From assembly GCA_903854535.1 (NCBI GenBank), contig CAINWR010000037.1:1-44707 (forward strand): a stretch of DNA of 44,707 bases, read 5' to 3'. The notes below the pieces were generated by a model that was given only the letters and a program-made list of their open reading frames with translations, did not search any database and was not told the DNA's origin. The stretch is from Candidatus Staskawiczbacteria bacterium (GTDB taxonomy: Bacteria; Patescibacteriota; Minisyncoccia; Minisyncoccales; Staskawiczbacteraceae). Positions 7,861 to 17,668 of this stretch are shown here, in pieces. How positions within the stretch are numbered: the stretch's first letter is position 1; every line of letters starts with the position of its first letter. Position numbers and translations under genes: made by a program.

Positions 7861-8031
7861 ATGGCAAAGATAAACGCTAAGTGGCATAAGGAAAACAAAA
7901 TGCCTAAAAATGCGACTGTTGAACAAAAGATTAAGTGGCACCAAGGACACAGCAAAAATTGTAGTTGTCGCGATTCAACAGCGCATTTAATAAAATTAAA
8001 AAAAATAATAAATAAAAAACAGTTATTCTAA
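7861..8031 (+). CDS. small conserved-looking basic protein (56 aa), absent from the ORF track
   Basis: ATG at 7861 and TAA at 8029-8031. Translation: MAKINAKWHKENKMPKNATVEQKIKWHQGHSKNCSCRDSTAHLIKLKKIINKKQLF. A bidirectional terminator follows. Confidence 0.4.
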   Translation: MAKINAKWHKENKMPKNATVEQKIKWHQGHSKNCSCRDSTAHLIKLKKIINKKQLF

Positions 8032-8052
8032 AAATAATTAGAATAGCAAAAT

Positions 8053-8082
8053 AAAAAAAATCACCTATTAGGTGATTTTTTT
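8053..8082. terminator. bidirectional terminator between convergent genes
   Basis: aaaaaaaatcacct att aggtgattttttt, a stem flanked by an A-run and a T-run. Confidence 0.7.
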
Positions 8083-8874
8083 GTAGAAAAGCGCAAGGCC
8101 AAAGAATAAGGCATTTATCAACACAATAGTAGCGCCAGTTGGCAGGTCAAGGAAAAAAGAAAAAGTAATTCCTAAAATTACAGAACAAAGGGAAACAAAG
8201 CCAGCAATAATCATTGATGTTTTAAATCCTTTGGCAATTTGCAAAGCTGTAACTGCAGGCAGTATAAGAAGCGCAGAAACAAGCATTATACCTACCATTT
8301 TAACAGAAAGTACAACAGTTACAGCTGTAAGCAAAGTTAAAAGTGTATTGATAAAATGAGTTTTTACTCCTGTTGTTTTAGCATATTCTTCATCAAAAGT
8401 TGCAGAAAATAAATCCCAATAAAAGAAATAAATAACTGCTAAAACTATAAAAGAAAGTATAATTGATAAAATAACTTCAGTAGTACTTATTGCTAATATA
8501 TTGCCAAAAAGGTAGCTGAAAAGATCAACATTAAATCCTTTTGATAAACTAGCTAAAATAACACCGCTAGCAATTCCAATGGCAGACACAATTCCAATGG
8601 CAGAATCACCATAGACTTTGGTTTTTTCGCTAATTTTAAGAATAAGTAAAGATGCAATCATTACTACAGGAACTGCAATATAATATGGATATGAGCCAAA
8701 AAATAAACCCAAAGCAATTGCTCCAAAACTTACATGCGAAAGTCCATCGCCAATTAATGACATTTTTCGCAAAACCAAAAATAAACCAAGAGCCGAGCAA
8801 ATAATTGCTACAAAAGATCCGGCAAAAAAAGCTTTTTGGATAAATGTATATTCAAGAAAAGTAATTATTTCCAT
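8068..8874 (-). CDS. znuB: metal (Zn/Mn) ABC transporter permease, ABC-3 family
   Basis: 268-aa polytopic protein with the LIGDGLSHVSFGAIALG motif typical of ZnuB/MntB-type permeases. It sits in an operon with an ATPase and a substrate-binding protein. Confidence 0.8.
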   Translation of the reverse strand: MEIITFLEYTFIQKAFFAGSFVAIICSALGLFLVLRKMSLIGDGLSHVSFGAIALGLFFGSYPYYIAVPVVMIASLLILKISEKTKVYGDSAIGIVSAIGIASGVILASLSKGFNVDLFSYLFGNILAISTTEVILSIILSFIVLAVIYFFYWDLFSATFDEEYAKTTGVKTHFINTLLTLLTAVTVVLSVKMVGIMLVSALLILPAVTALQIAKGFKTSMIIAGFVSLCSVILGITFSFFLDLPTGATIVLINALFFGLALFYKKIT

Positions 8875-8875
8875 A

Positions 8876-9628
8876 TTATTTATGTTGATGCCAAATTATA
8901 TGATGTTCGTTTTTTTCAAAGCATGAGTTAATATCACTATGAGGGCAAAAATCTGAGATTTTACCAAAAAACAACACTTTTCTATCAATATAAAGAAGTT
9001 TATTTGCATACTGACCAATATATCCTGTGTCATGAGTAATTAAAATAATTGTGGTTTTAAATTCTTGATTAAGTGTTTGTATTATTTTGAAAAAATCTTC
9101 TCTTGATGCAGGGTCAAGCGCAGTTGATGGTTCATCAAGAATTAATATTTCTGGGTTTGATGCTAAAGCCCGAGCTAAAAGCACTTTTTGTTGCTGGCCC
9201 CCGGAAAGCTCAGAAAACATTTTATTTTTTAATTCTAAAATTCCTAATTTACTTAGTGTTGTGTTAATTAATTTTTTATCTGTATGCGTGAAAAACTTAG
9301 GCATTGTTTTTTGTGATAAAAGCCCAAGTAAAACAATTTCCCCTACTGATACTGGAAAAAGCTGGTTTATGCTAGATTGTTTTTGTGGCAAATAGCCCAC
9401 TTTTTTAAAATAATCAGAATTTTTTTGTTTTTTACCAAAAAAATAAATTTCTCCAGAATATTCATTAATAAGTCCAAGAACTGTCTTTGCTAAAGTAGTT
9501 TTACCTCCTCCATTTGGTCCAGCAAGCCCTACAAAATCACCCCTTTCAATGGCAAAAGAAACGTTTTGTAACGCTTCTGTTTGCTCGTATTTTACATTAA
9601 GATTTTTTACCTCAAGGATTATATCCAT
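8876..9628 (-). CDS. znuC: metal ABC transporter ATP-binding protein
   Basis: Walker A GPNGGGKTT, signature LSGGQQQ, Walker B ILILDEP. Confidence 0.85.
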   Translation of the reverse strand: MDIILEVKNLNVKYEQTEALQNVSFAIERGDFVGLAGPNGGGKTTLAKTVLGLINEYSGEIYFFGKKQKNSDYFKKVGYLPQKQSSINQLFPVSVGEIVLLGLLSQKTMPKFFTHTDKKLINTTLSKLGILELKNKMFSELSGGQQQKVLLARALASNPEILILDEPSTALDPASREDFFKIIQTLNQEFKTTIILITHDTGYIGQYANKLLYIDRKVLFFGKISDFCPHSDINSCFEKNEHHIIWHQHK

Positions 9629-9631
9629 AAA

Positions 9632-10567
9632 TTATCTATTGCATTCAAGGCCTATTTTAAGATTATTTAAGTTTTCTTCCATAATTGAAAGAAAAGAAAC
9701 ATTATTATCAATATCTTCTTTAGTAACGTTGTGAGCTGCATTTAAAAGAAGCATTTTTGCATTTGTTTCATTAGCAAGCGTTTGAGCAATTTTTGGACTA
9801 GTTAATTCTTCGTAAAAAACATATTTGATGTTATTATCTTTTATTTGTTTGGTCAAATTAACTAAATCATTGGCGCTTGGTTCGGAATCTGGAGCAAGTC
9901 CTTGAGCAGCTAAATATTTTAAGTTGTATCTATTAGCTAAATATCCAAAAGCATAGTGTCCACCATAAACAATTTCTTTGCTTTGGCAATTTGTCAATCC
10001 AGATTTATATTGATCATCTAGCTGTGTTAATTTGTTTTTGAAATCATTGGCATTTTTCTTATAAAAATCTGCATTATCAGGATCTTTCTCTATTATAGCA
10101 TTTAATAAGTTATCAACCATAATTGTGTTGTTTGCAAAATCTAGCCAGATATGTGGATCAAGTCCATGAGCTTCGTCTGGCATGCCTTCTGTAAGTTTCA
10201 TTAGATTAATGCCTTTGCTGGTATCAACAAATCTAACATCTTTATTTGTTATTCCATTAATAATATCTTTTGCCCATGGTTCCATAAATTCTCCAGTGTA
10301 TACAAAAATATCTGACTCATTTATTTTAACAATATCACTTGGTTTTGGCTCGTATACATGTGCTTCAACTCCAGGTGGGAGCAAAAGAGAAACTTCTACT
10401 TTGTCTTGGCCTATAACTTTAGAAAAATCATATAATGGGAATAGTGTAGTGACTACAGAAATTTTTGAAGAGTCTGACTTTTGATTTTGTGTAATATTTA
10501 TTATGGCAAAAAGCACAAGGCCAATAATTATAATAACTCCAACAACAAACAATATTTTTTTATTCAT
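9632..10567 (-). CDS. znuA: metal ABC transporter substrate-binding protein (ZnuA/TroA family)
   Basis: The start is taken at MNKKILFVVG (10567), which avoids overlap with zur. It has a signal/anchor helix, the pattern VVTTLFPLYDF...GVEAHVYEP...DPHIWLD, and operon context. Confidence 0.8.
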   Translation of the reverse strand: MNKKILFVVGVIIIIGLVLFAIINITQNQKSDSSKISVVTTLFPLYDFSKVIGQDKVEVSLLLPPGVEAHVYEPKPSDIVKINESDIFVYTGEFMEPWAKDIINGITNKDVRFVDTSKGINLMKLTEGMPDEAHGLDPHIWLDFANNTIMVDNLLNAIIEKDPDNADFYKKNANDFKNKLTQLDDQYKSGLTNCQSKEIVYGGHYAFGYLANRYNLKYLAAQGLAPDSEPSANDLVNLTKQIKDNNIKYVFYEELTSPKIAQTLANETNAKMLLLNAAHNVTKEDIDNNVSFLSIMEENLNNLKIGLECNR

Positions 10568-10572
10568 ATTTT

Positions 10573-11004
10573 TTAAGCTTGGCATTTTTGGCCTGCCTGC
10601 CGACACGCATGGCAATAACCATAAAATTCAAGCGAGTGATTAATTATATTAAATTGATTTTGTTTGGCAATTTGTTTTTCTTGTTTCTTTAAATGATTTG
10701 CAATATTAACCTTAACAATTATATTGCATTTTAAACAAATTAAATGATGATGATGGTCTTTAGGTATTTCATAATAATCTTTACCTGAAATAATATTTTT
10801 TAAAATAATATGATTTTTTGTTAAAAATTGTAATTCTCTATATATTGTAGAGCGATTTGGGTTGATTTTTTGAGATTTTAGTTTTTTAATTAGTTCTTCT
10901 TTTGTAAGTAAACAACAGCTCTCTGATAGGGAGTTAATAATAGCTTTTCTTGTTTTAGTTAATCTTCTGCCTAATAATTGAATTGTTTTGTGAGTTGTAA
11001 TCAT
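10573..11004 (-). CDS. zur: Fur-family metalloregulator, probably Zur
   Basis: Winged-helix N-terminus, HHHHLICLKC and CHAC metal-binding motifs. It is the first gene of the zinc-uptake operon. Confidence 0.75.
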   Translation of the reverse strand: MITTHKTIQLLGRRLTKTRKAIINSLSESCCLLTKEELIKKLKSQKINPNRSTIYRELQFLTKNHIILKNIISGKDYYEIPKDHHHHLICLKCNIIVKVNIANHLKKQEKQIAKQNQFNIINHSLEFYGYCHACRQAGQKCQA

Positions 11005-11013
11005 ATTTACTAT

Positions 11014-11028
11014 TGCAACATTGTTGCA
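11014..11028. promoter_or_regulatory. 7-1-7 palindrome, candidate Zur/Fur box
   Basis: tgcaaca t tgttgca lies 10 nt upstream of the zur start codon. Confidence 0.5.
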
Positions 11029-11123
11029 TTAAATAAGTATATTATATTAATAATCTCAAGTCAAGTAGTTGAATAATTATTTAAAAAGATGTAAGTTTAA
11101 CTTAGTAATTAAAAATTAAATAT

Positions 11124-11516
11124 ATGTTTATAAAAAATTATATTATAGCTTTTGTGGTTTTCTTTGTAATTGACATGGTGTGGCTTGGCTTAGTGGCTAA
11201 AAATTTTTATGCAAAACAAATTGGTTTTTTGATGAAAACAGATATTAATTGGCTTTCTGCAATAATATTTTATCTTTTGTTTGTTGCAGGAATTGTATTT
11301 TTTGTTGTAAACCCTGCTATAGAAAAACAATCCTTGGTGTATGCATTATTAGCTGGAGCATTTTTTGGGCTTATAACTTACGCAACTTACGACTTAACAA
11401 ATTTAGCTACACTTAAAAATTGGCCGGTAATATTAACTGTGGTAGATTTACTTTGGGGAACATTTTTATCAGCTGTAGTATCTTCAATTACATATTTAAT
11501 TATTAAATTTATATGA
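11124..11516 (+). CDS. small membrane protein (DUF2177-like, tentative)
   Basis: 130 aa with 4 hydrophobic helices and the remembered motifs FVIDMVWLGLVAKNFY and YDLTNLATLKNWP. Confidence 0.5.
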   Translation: MFIKNYIIAFVVFFVIDMVWLGLVAKNFYAKQIGFLMKTDINWLSAIIFYLLFVAGIVFFVVNPAIEKQSLVYALLAGAFFGLITYATYDLTNLATLKNWPVILTVVDLLWGTFLSAVVSSITYLIIKFI

Positions 11517-12280
11517 TGTATTTTATTGTTTTAGGATTTGCTTTATTTGTGTATATGAGCTTTTGGTTTTTTGTTTCTTTAGTCCGCAAACGAAACGATG
11601 TAGTTGATATTGCTTGGGGCTTGGGGTTTATATTTTTATCTTGGGTTTCTTATTTTGCTTTTGGTAAAATGGGATTTTTGGCTACAGTCACAAATATACT
11701 TGTAACAATTTGGGGCTTTCGCTTGGCTTTGCATATTTATCAAAGAAACCTAGGCAAGCCAGAAGATTTTAGATATTTGGCTTGGAGAAAAGAATGGGGC
11801 AAATGGTTTTATATAAGATCATATTTTCAGGTATATATTTTACAAGGATTATTTTTATATTTAATTATTTTACCGGTTTTGGTTATTAATAATAATTATT
11901 CAAATACTATAAATATTTTAGGTATTTTGGGAATTGTAGTTTGGATTATAGGTTTTTATTTTGAAGCAGTTGGCGATTGGCAATTAGATAAGTTTATTAA
12001 AAACCCAGTAAATAAAGGTAAAATTATGAAGCAGGGTTTATGGAAATATACTAGACACCCTAATTATTTTGGTGAAGTTACTTTATGGTGGGGTATTTGG
12101 CTTTTAGCTTTAAGTTTGCCTTATGGGTTTTTTACAATTATAGGGCCTTTAACAATAACTTTTTTAATATTAAAAGTTTCGGGCATCCCAATGCTTGAGA
12201 AGAAAATGCAAGAAAATAAAGAATTTCAAGATTACGCAAAACGCACAAGCGTGTTCTTCCCATTACCTCCCCAAAAGTGA
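11513..12280 (+). CDS. DUF1295 / steroid 5-alpha-reductase-like membrane protein
   Basis: GLWKYTRHPNYFGEVTLWWGIWL is a hallmark of the family. It overlaps the upstream gene by 4 nt. Confidence 0.7.
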   Translation: MMYFIVLGFALFVYMSFWFFVSLVRKRNDVVDIAWGLGFIFLSWVSYFAFGKMGFLATVTNILVTIWGFRLALHIYQRNLGKPEDFRYLAWRKEWGKWFYIRSYFQVYILQGLFLYLIILPVLVINNNYSNTINILGILGIVVWIIGFYFEAVGDWQLDKFIKNPVNKGKIMKQGLWKYTRHPNYFGEVTLWWGIWLLALSLPYGFFTIIGPLTITFLILKVSGIPMLEKKMQENKEFQDYAKRTSVFFPLPPQK

Positions 12281-12360
12281 TTTTTTTGACATAAGGGAGT
12301 AAAAGTGGTAAGATGAATATATAAATTATTATTAATTACTGCTTAAATGCAGGTAAAAAT

Positions 12361-13116
12361 ATGGAAGGATTTATTACATTTTTAATTTTCGTAGTTGTTG
12401 CAATTATCGTGCCTTCAGTAAGGCAAATTAATCAATATGAAAAAGGAGTTAAATTTATGTTTGGGAAATACATTGGTATTATGGAGCCGGGCTGGAGAAT
12501 CGTGCTTCCTGTAATTCAATCTTATAAAAAAATTGATATGAGGGTAAAAGCAGTAGATGTGCCAAATCAAGAAGCAATTACCAAGGACAATATTTCTGTA
12601 GGAGTAAATGCAGTTATCTATTACAAAGTTTCTGATGCAGCTAAATCATTTTTAGAGGTAGAAGATTTTTATTATGCAATTTCTCAATTAGCTCAGACAA
12701 CCATGAGAAATGCTGTAGGGCAAGTTGATTTAGATGCTTTACTTAGTCAAAGAGATAAAGTTTCAGAAAGTATTAGACAGATTATAGATGAAGCTTCTGA
12801 TCCTTGGGGTATTAAAGTGCAGAATGTAGAACTTAAAGATATTGTTTTACCAGAAGAAATGAAGCGAGTAATTGGTAGGCAAGCAGAAGCAGAAAGAGAA
12901 AAAAGAGCTATGATTATCAAAGCAGAAGGAGAAGTTGTTTCTGCAAGTAATATGGCTAAAGCAGCTGAAATACTTTCTGGTGCACCAGGAGCTTTGCATT
13001 TAAGAACTTTGCAGTCAATTAATGACATAAGCTCAGATCAATCAAACACAATAGTATTTGCAGTACCTCTTGAAGCATTAAGAGCTCTTGAATCATTTAA
13101 TAAAAAATCTCAGTAA
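12361..13116 (+). CDS. SPFH/Band-7 (stomatin-like, slipin) protein
   Basis: N-terminal anchor, then QYEKGVKFMFGKY...ITKDNISVGVNAVIYYKV...AEAEREKRAMIIKAEGE. Confidence 0.85.
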   Translation: MEGFITFLIFVVVAIIVPSVRQINQYEKGVKFMFGKYIGIMEPGWRIVLPVIQSYKKIDMRVKAVDVPNQEAITKDNISVGVNAVIYYKVSDAAKSFLEVEDFYYAISQLAQTTMRNAVGQVDLDALLSQRDKVSESIRQIIDEASDPWGIKVQNVELKDIVLPEEMKRVIGRQAEAEREKRAMIIKAEGEVVSASNMAKAAEILSGAPGALHLRTLQSINDISSDQSNTIVFAVPLEALRALESFNKKSQ

Positions 13117-13135
13117 TAAAAAACGTATTTATATT

Positions 13136-13657
13136 ATGAACAAATTTTATTTAAGCATATCAATATTTTTAGTTTTAATCTTGGCTGTTTGGGCAGGTTC
13201 GTCTTTTTGGCAAGAAGGTTATTTATTTAATGACCAGGAAAATTTAAATGACAATAATAACAACGCAATAATTTCTACTGGTAAAATATTGAATCTTAGT
13301 AATCAAGATTTAAGCAAAATTCCAGAATATGTTTTTAGCGAAACTATTTTAGAAGAGCTTAATGTTTCAAACAATAATTTAACAGGAGCAATACAATCGC
13401 AAATTGGCCAATTAAAAAACCTTAAAGTTCTTAATGCTTCTAATAACAATATGACAGGCGTGCCAGCAGAAGTGGGTCAACTTTCAAAACTAGAAGTTTT
13501 GGATTTATCCAATAATCAGCTTACTGGTTTGCCAAATGAGCTTGGCAATCTTTCTAATTTAAAAATTTTAAATTTATCTGGGAATAATTATTCAGAACAA
13601 GATTTAAACAGTATTCGTAGTAAATTGCCAGCTAGTGTGAACATAATCACAAATTAA
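13136..13657 (+). CDS. leucine-rich-repeat protein with N-terminal anchor/signal
   Basis: ATG at 13136. It contains tandem LxxLxLxxNxLTG repeats (LEELNVSNNNLTG, LKVLNASNNNMTG, LEVLDLSNNQLTG, LKILNLSGNN). Confidence 0.8.
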   Translation: MNKFYLSISIFLVLILAVWAGSSFWQEGYLFNDQENLNDNNNNAIISTGKILNLSNQDLSKIPEYVFSETILEELNVSNNNLTGAIQSQIGQLKNLKVLNASNNNMTGVPAEVGQLSKLEVLDLSNNQLTGLPNELGNLSNLKILNLSGNNYSEQDLNSIRSKLPASVNIITN

Positions 13658-13670
13658 ACTATTTTATCGA

Positions 13671-13704
13671 AAATTATTACACGTGAAAGTGTAATAATTT
13701 TTTG
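13671..13704 (+). terminator. intrinsic terminator
   Basis: aaattattacac gtgaaa gtgtaataattt forms a 12-bp stem and is followed by Ts. Confidence 0.7.
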
Positions 13705-13759
13705 TTTGAATTTTATCTTTGATCTTGAATATGATGTTAAAAAGAGTAAAATTAAGTCA

Positions 13760-14785
13760 ATGGAAAATATAAGAGCAAGGGTAACCTCTGAACATAAAGG
13801 ATCTTATAAAGTCATAAATGAAAATGGCGAATTTTTGGCTAAAATAACTGGAAAGCAAATGTTTACTGCCAAAAGTAGAGAAGATTATCCAGCTGTAGGC
13901 GATTGGGTAATAATTGATGAATTGCCAGAAAATCAAGCAATAATAAAAAGTATTTTACCAAGACAAAGTATAATTAAAAGAAAATATGGTGATAAAAATA
14001 ATATTGGAGAAAAAAGTGATATTCAAGTTATAGCTGTAAATATTGATATTGCATTTATTGTACAATCACTCGGCAGAGATTATAATCTGAATAGATTTGA
14101 AAGGTATTTTGCTATACTTGGTAATTGTATAAAGCCAGTAATTATATTAAATAAAATTGATTTGATTACAAAGCAAGAGCTTGATGAAATTTTATCTCAA
14201 ATTAAAAATAGATTTTCTGATATTGATGTGATTTTAACTAGCACATTTGTAGATAACGGGTTGCTACAATTACAAAACTATTTACAATCTGGTAAAACCT
14301 ATTGCTTCTTAGGCTCATCTGGTGTAGGGAAATCTTCTATAATAAATAAATTACTTGGTAAAGATTTAATTAAAACAGATATAATTAGTTCATATTCAGA
14401 TAGAGGTAAACATATTACAACTACAAGACAAATGTATTTTTTACAAAATGGTGCGATTGTAATTGATAACCCAGGCATAAGAGAAGTTGGTTTGGCAAAT
14501 ACAGGTGAAGTTTTAGATAATTTATTTGATAAAATAAATGAATTATCTTTAAAATGTAAATTTAATGATTGCACTCATACTCAAGAAACTAGTTGCATGG
14601 TTTTGAAAGCAGTAAACGCAGGAGAAATTGATGGTAAGCAATATCAAAATTATTTAAATTTAAAAAAAGAATTTGATTTTTATCAAATGTCAGAAATTGA
14701 AAAAAGAGAAAAAGAAAGAGATTTCGGCAAATTTATCAAGAAAGCAAAAAAAGATTTAAAAAATTACCAACATAAAAATTATTAA
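13760..14785 (+). CDS. rsgA: ribosome small-subunit-dependent GTPase A
   Basis: ATG at 13760. It has the circularly permuted GTPase features NKIDL, GSSGVGKSSIINKL and the zinc finger CKFNDCTHTQETSC. Confidence 0.85.
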   Translation: MENIRARVTSEHKGSYKVINENGEFLAKITGKQMFTAKSREDYPAVGDWVIIDELPENQAIIKSILPRQSIIKRKYGDKNNIGEKSDIQVIAVNIDIAFIVQSLGRDYNLNRFERYFAILGNCIKPVIILNKIDLITKQELDEILSQIKNRFSDIDVILTSTFVDNGLLQLQNYLQSGKTYCFLGSSGVGKSSIINKLLGKDLIKTDIISSYSDRGKHITTTRQMYFLQNGAIVIDNPGIREVGLANTGEVLDNLFDKINELSLKCKFNDCTHTQETSCMVLKAVNAGEIDGKQYQNYLNLKKEFDFYQMSEIEKREKERDFGKFIKKAKKDLKNYQHKNY

Positions 14786-14808
14786 AAATATGTCAGAAGT
14801 TTATAAAA

Positions 14809-15315
14809 ATGCCTAAAAAAATTGTTATAGTAAATGATAAGATGCAAAAGAATTATAGCTATGAGCTACAAGAGCCTATGGGTAAGAATTTTGCAGAGGA
14901 TTTTACACCCGATATGACTCCCAAGCAGATGCTTAAAGCAGGGGTTTTTGGAGGAAAATATATGACAGATTGTAAAAAAGAATTTCCTAAAGATTGGTTT
15001 GTTAAAGCTAAGCTTAATTCTAAAAAACATGATGCTAGTTTAAATTGTTTTGGGGTAAATGCTAGTCAATCTTTAAGCGTGTGGCGTAAAAAAGGCTGGA
15101 TACATCCTGATGATCCTAGGGGTTGGTTTCAGTGGTATTGTAGATATTATATGGGGAGAAGGCATGAAGATGATCAAAGGCAAATAAAAAGATGGAAAGC
15201 TGTTGTAAGACATATTGCGCAAATAAAAAAGAATTGCTGTAAAAATTGTTTGAGTTGTAGGAAGCGTCAAAGACAAGCTGTGCTTCATTGGGCATATGAT
15301 AGTAGAAAATTTTAA
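14809..15315 (+). CDS. conserved hypothetical protein
   Basis: 168-aa ORF. The motif GWIHPDDPRGWFQWYCRYYMGRRHEDDQRQIKRW looks like a conserved family that I cannot name. Confidence 0.6.
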   Translation: MPKKIVIVNDKMQKNYSYELQEPMGKNFAEDFTPDMTPKQMLKAGVFGGKYMTDCKKEFPKDWFVKAKLNSKKHDASLNCFGVNASQSLSVWRKKGWIHPDDPRGWFQWYCRYYMGRRHEDDQRQIKRWKAVVRHIAQIKKNCCKNCLSCRKRQRQAVLHWAYDSRKF

Positions 15316-15393
15316 GAAAAATTATTTAGCTTATAAAGTAATTTTTTGCTATAATAAAAATATGTAAATTAATTATTATTAAGAAGTAAATAT

Positions 15394-15678
15394 ATGAAAG
15401 ACAAAAATACAAAATGTTGTGAGGGCAACTGCGATAGCGAAGCTTGTTGCGGTGATAATTGTAGTGAAAATTGTTGTAGTGAGCCTTGTTGTGGTCAAAA
15501 AAAGGTTTCTGGTTGTGGAGCTTGCGGTGGAGGGATTTATGGCTTGGCATTTGTGGGGGCTTTGGTTTATTATATACAGCACGCAGAAACTTTTTGGATG
15601 GGAGTTTTAGGATTTCTAAAAGCTCTTGTGTGGCCTGCGATATTAATTTATAAGATTTTGGAATTTTTAGGAAAATAA
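15394..15678 (+). CDS. cysteine-rich head plus 2-TM tail small membrane protein
   Basis: 14 Cys in the first 45 residues (CCEGNCDSEACCGDNCSENCCSEPCCG...CGACGG), followed by hydrophobic helices. Confidence 0.6.
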   Translation: MKDKNTKCCEGNCDSEACCGDNCSENCCSEPCCGQKKVSGCGACGGGIYGLAFVGALVYYIQHAETFWMGVLGFLKALVWPAILIYKILEFLGK

Positions 15679-15707
15679 AAATAAATTATTATGAATAATG
15701 TAAATAT

Positions 15708-17092
15708 ATGAATAAAATATTCTTAAGCCTCTTTTTTTTATTGTGTTTAGTTTTTGGTTTTTTGGTGTCTGGCTTTAGCTTAGCTTCTAGCGGGGGCGGA
15801 GAAGCAAGTCAAATTGCATCTGATATTATACCAGCATTATTTTGGATTGCAGTAGTTTTAATTGTAGCAAAAGTATCTGGTTTAATTGAAAAATTTGGCC
15901 AGCCATCTGTTTTGGGTGAATTAATAGTGGGAGTTGTTTTGGGAAATTTATATTTATTAGGATTTCATTTTTTTGAACCAATTAAAACAAATACATATTT
16001 TCCATTTTTAGCTGAGCTTGGGGTTGTAATACTTTTATTTCAGGTAGGTTTAGAATCAAATATTTCGCAAATGAAAAAAGTTGGAATTAGAGCTTTTTTA
16101 GTAGCTACTATTGGAGTTATTTGTCCTTTTATTTTGGGAACTTATATTGTTGGGCCTTGGATGTTACCAGGACTTACAGTAACGCCTATTTATTTTTAGG
16201 AGCTGCTTTAACTGCTACTTCTGTAGGAATTACAGCTAGAGTGTTTAAAGATTTAGGTAAATTACATACTAAAGAAGCTCAAATTGTGTTGGGAGCTGCT
16301 GTAATTGATGATGTAATGGGGCTTGTAATTTTGGCTGTGGTTTCAGCTATTGCTACTTTGGGAGCTGTGAGTTTTACTGGAGTTTCTTTAATAGTAATAA
16401 AAGCAGTTAGTTTTTTGGTAGGAGCTATAGTTCTAGGACAGATTTTTGCTCCATATTTAGGTAAATTATTTTCTAAAATTCATACGGGAATTGGTATGAA
16501 GTTTGCTTTAGCAATTTCTATTTGTTTTATAGTTTCATTTATTGCTGGTGAAATTGGTTTAGCTCCAATTGTAGGAGCTTTTGCAGCTGGACTTGTACTT
16601 GATTCAGTACATTTTAAATTCTTCAAGAAGCCAAAGATATCAGAAGAATTATTGGAATGTTCTAAAGATTTTTCTCATAAAGAAAAAGAAAAATTAGTTA
16701 AAATTGCAGAAAATCACTGCGAAAAACATATAGAAGATTTAATAGAACCTTTGGCGCATTTTTTTGTACCTATATTTTTTATAATTACTGGAATGAATGT
16801 AAAATTAGAAACTTTATTTGATTCTAAAATTTTATTAGTAGCACTTGCTATAACACTGGTAGCAGTTATTGGGAAATATGTTTCAGGATTTGTAGCTGGC
16901 AAGGTTAACAAGCAAATTGTGGGTTTTGGAATGGTGCCAAGGGGAGAAGTGGGATTAATTTTTGCTTCAATTGGAAGTAGTCTAGGGGTAATTACAAAAG
17001 AAGTTTTTTCTGTAATTGTTATTATGGTTATTTTAACTACATTAATAACTCCACCAATTTTAACTTATTTTTTAAAGAAAAATAAAGATTAA
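15708..17092 (+). pseudogene. cation:proton antiporter (CPA2, Kef/NapA-like) interrupted by a frameshift
   Basis: ORFs 15708..16199 and 16121..17092 together make one antiporter (...LAELGVVILLFQVGLE... then ...LGAALTATSVGITARVF...). The frame changes by -1 at the T5 run near 16190-16197. Confidence 0.75.
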
Positions 17093-17129
17093 AATATTCT
17101 TGTAAAAAATATTATTAATTAATAAACTT

Positions 17130-17498
17130 ATGACAAAAATACAAATTTTAAAAAATACTTTGTTCTGGGGATTTATATTGTGGTTGGTGGGTTGGGCTTT
17201 GGGAGTTGCTTTGTTTATGACAATGCCAGTTAATTTATTAGGATGGGTGATTACGCCAATCGGGATAATTATTACCCTTTGGGTTTTGCTTAAAAAAATT
17301 GAAAGAGAAGAGTTGATGTGCTTTTTTGGCGTAGGATTGATTTGGACAATTATGGCCGTGGTTTTGGATTACATTTTTAATGTAAAATTATTTAACATTG
17401 CAAACTACTACAAATTTGATATTTATCTATATTATGCTTTTACTTTTATACTTCCAATTCTAGTCGGCTGGTATAAAACCAAGGTAAAACAAAAATAA
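17130..17498 (+). CDS. small 4-TM membrane protein, paralog of 6964..7332
   Basis: High similarity along the full length to 6964..7332. Confidence 0.75.
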   Translation: MTKIQILKNTLFWGFILWLVGWALGVALFMTMPVNLLGWVITPIGIIITLWVLLKKIEREELMCFFGVGLIWTIMAVVLDYIFNVKLFNIANYYKFDIYLYYAFTFILPILVGWYKTKVKQK

Positions 17499-17668
17499 AT
17501 ATATGGTAGTAGATATTGAGCTTACTTTAAATAGATTTGGCTTTGGGAAAATCGCTGAAAATAAATTTCAACTGTTTTGTTTTAGATTCTCTAAATGGAA
17601 TATTGTGAATAAGCACTCAATTTCTTTTGAAATAAATTGGCGAGCAAAAGATAAATAAAAATATTATT

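Noticed and set aside
10593-10602. Shared 10-mer ctgcctgccg (also at 40796..40805), considered as a dispersed GC-rich element
   Set aside because: There are only two copies, both inside coding sequence with plausible protein meaning (the Zur C-terminal Cys region and a loop of the membrane protein). The match is too short to separate from chance.
15326-15610. ORFs 15326..15550 (-), 15379..15582 (-) and 15419..15610 (+) overlapping the Cys-rich gene
   Set aside because: These are alternative readings of the same TG/GC-repeat-rich DNA. The 15394 frame has a coherent Cys-rich head plus TM tail and is the longest.
16185-16199. Programmed -1 ribosomal frameshift in the antiporter
   Set aside because: There is no canonical X XXY YYZ heptamer in the zero frame and no downstream structure. 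A homopolymer length error or pseudogenisation is the simpler explanation.
17503-17658. 51-aa ORF (MVVDIELTLNRFGFGKIAENKF...) between 17130..17498 and ywbE
   Set aside because: It has no SD and no recognisable family. It is too short to support from sequence alone, though it cannot be excluded.
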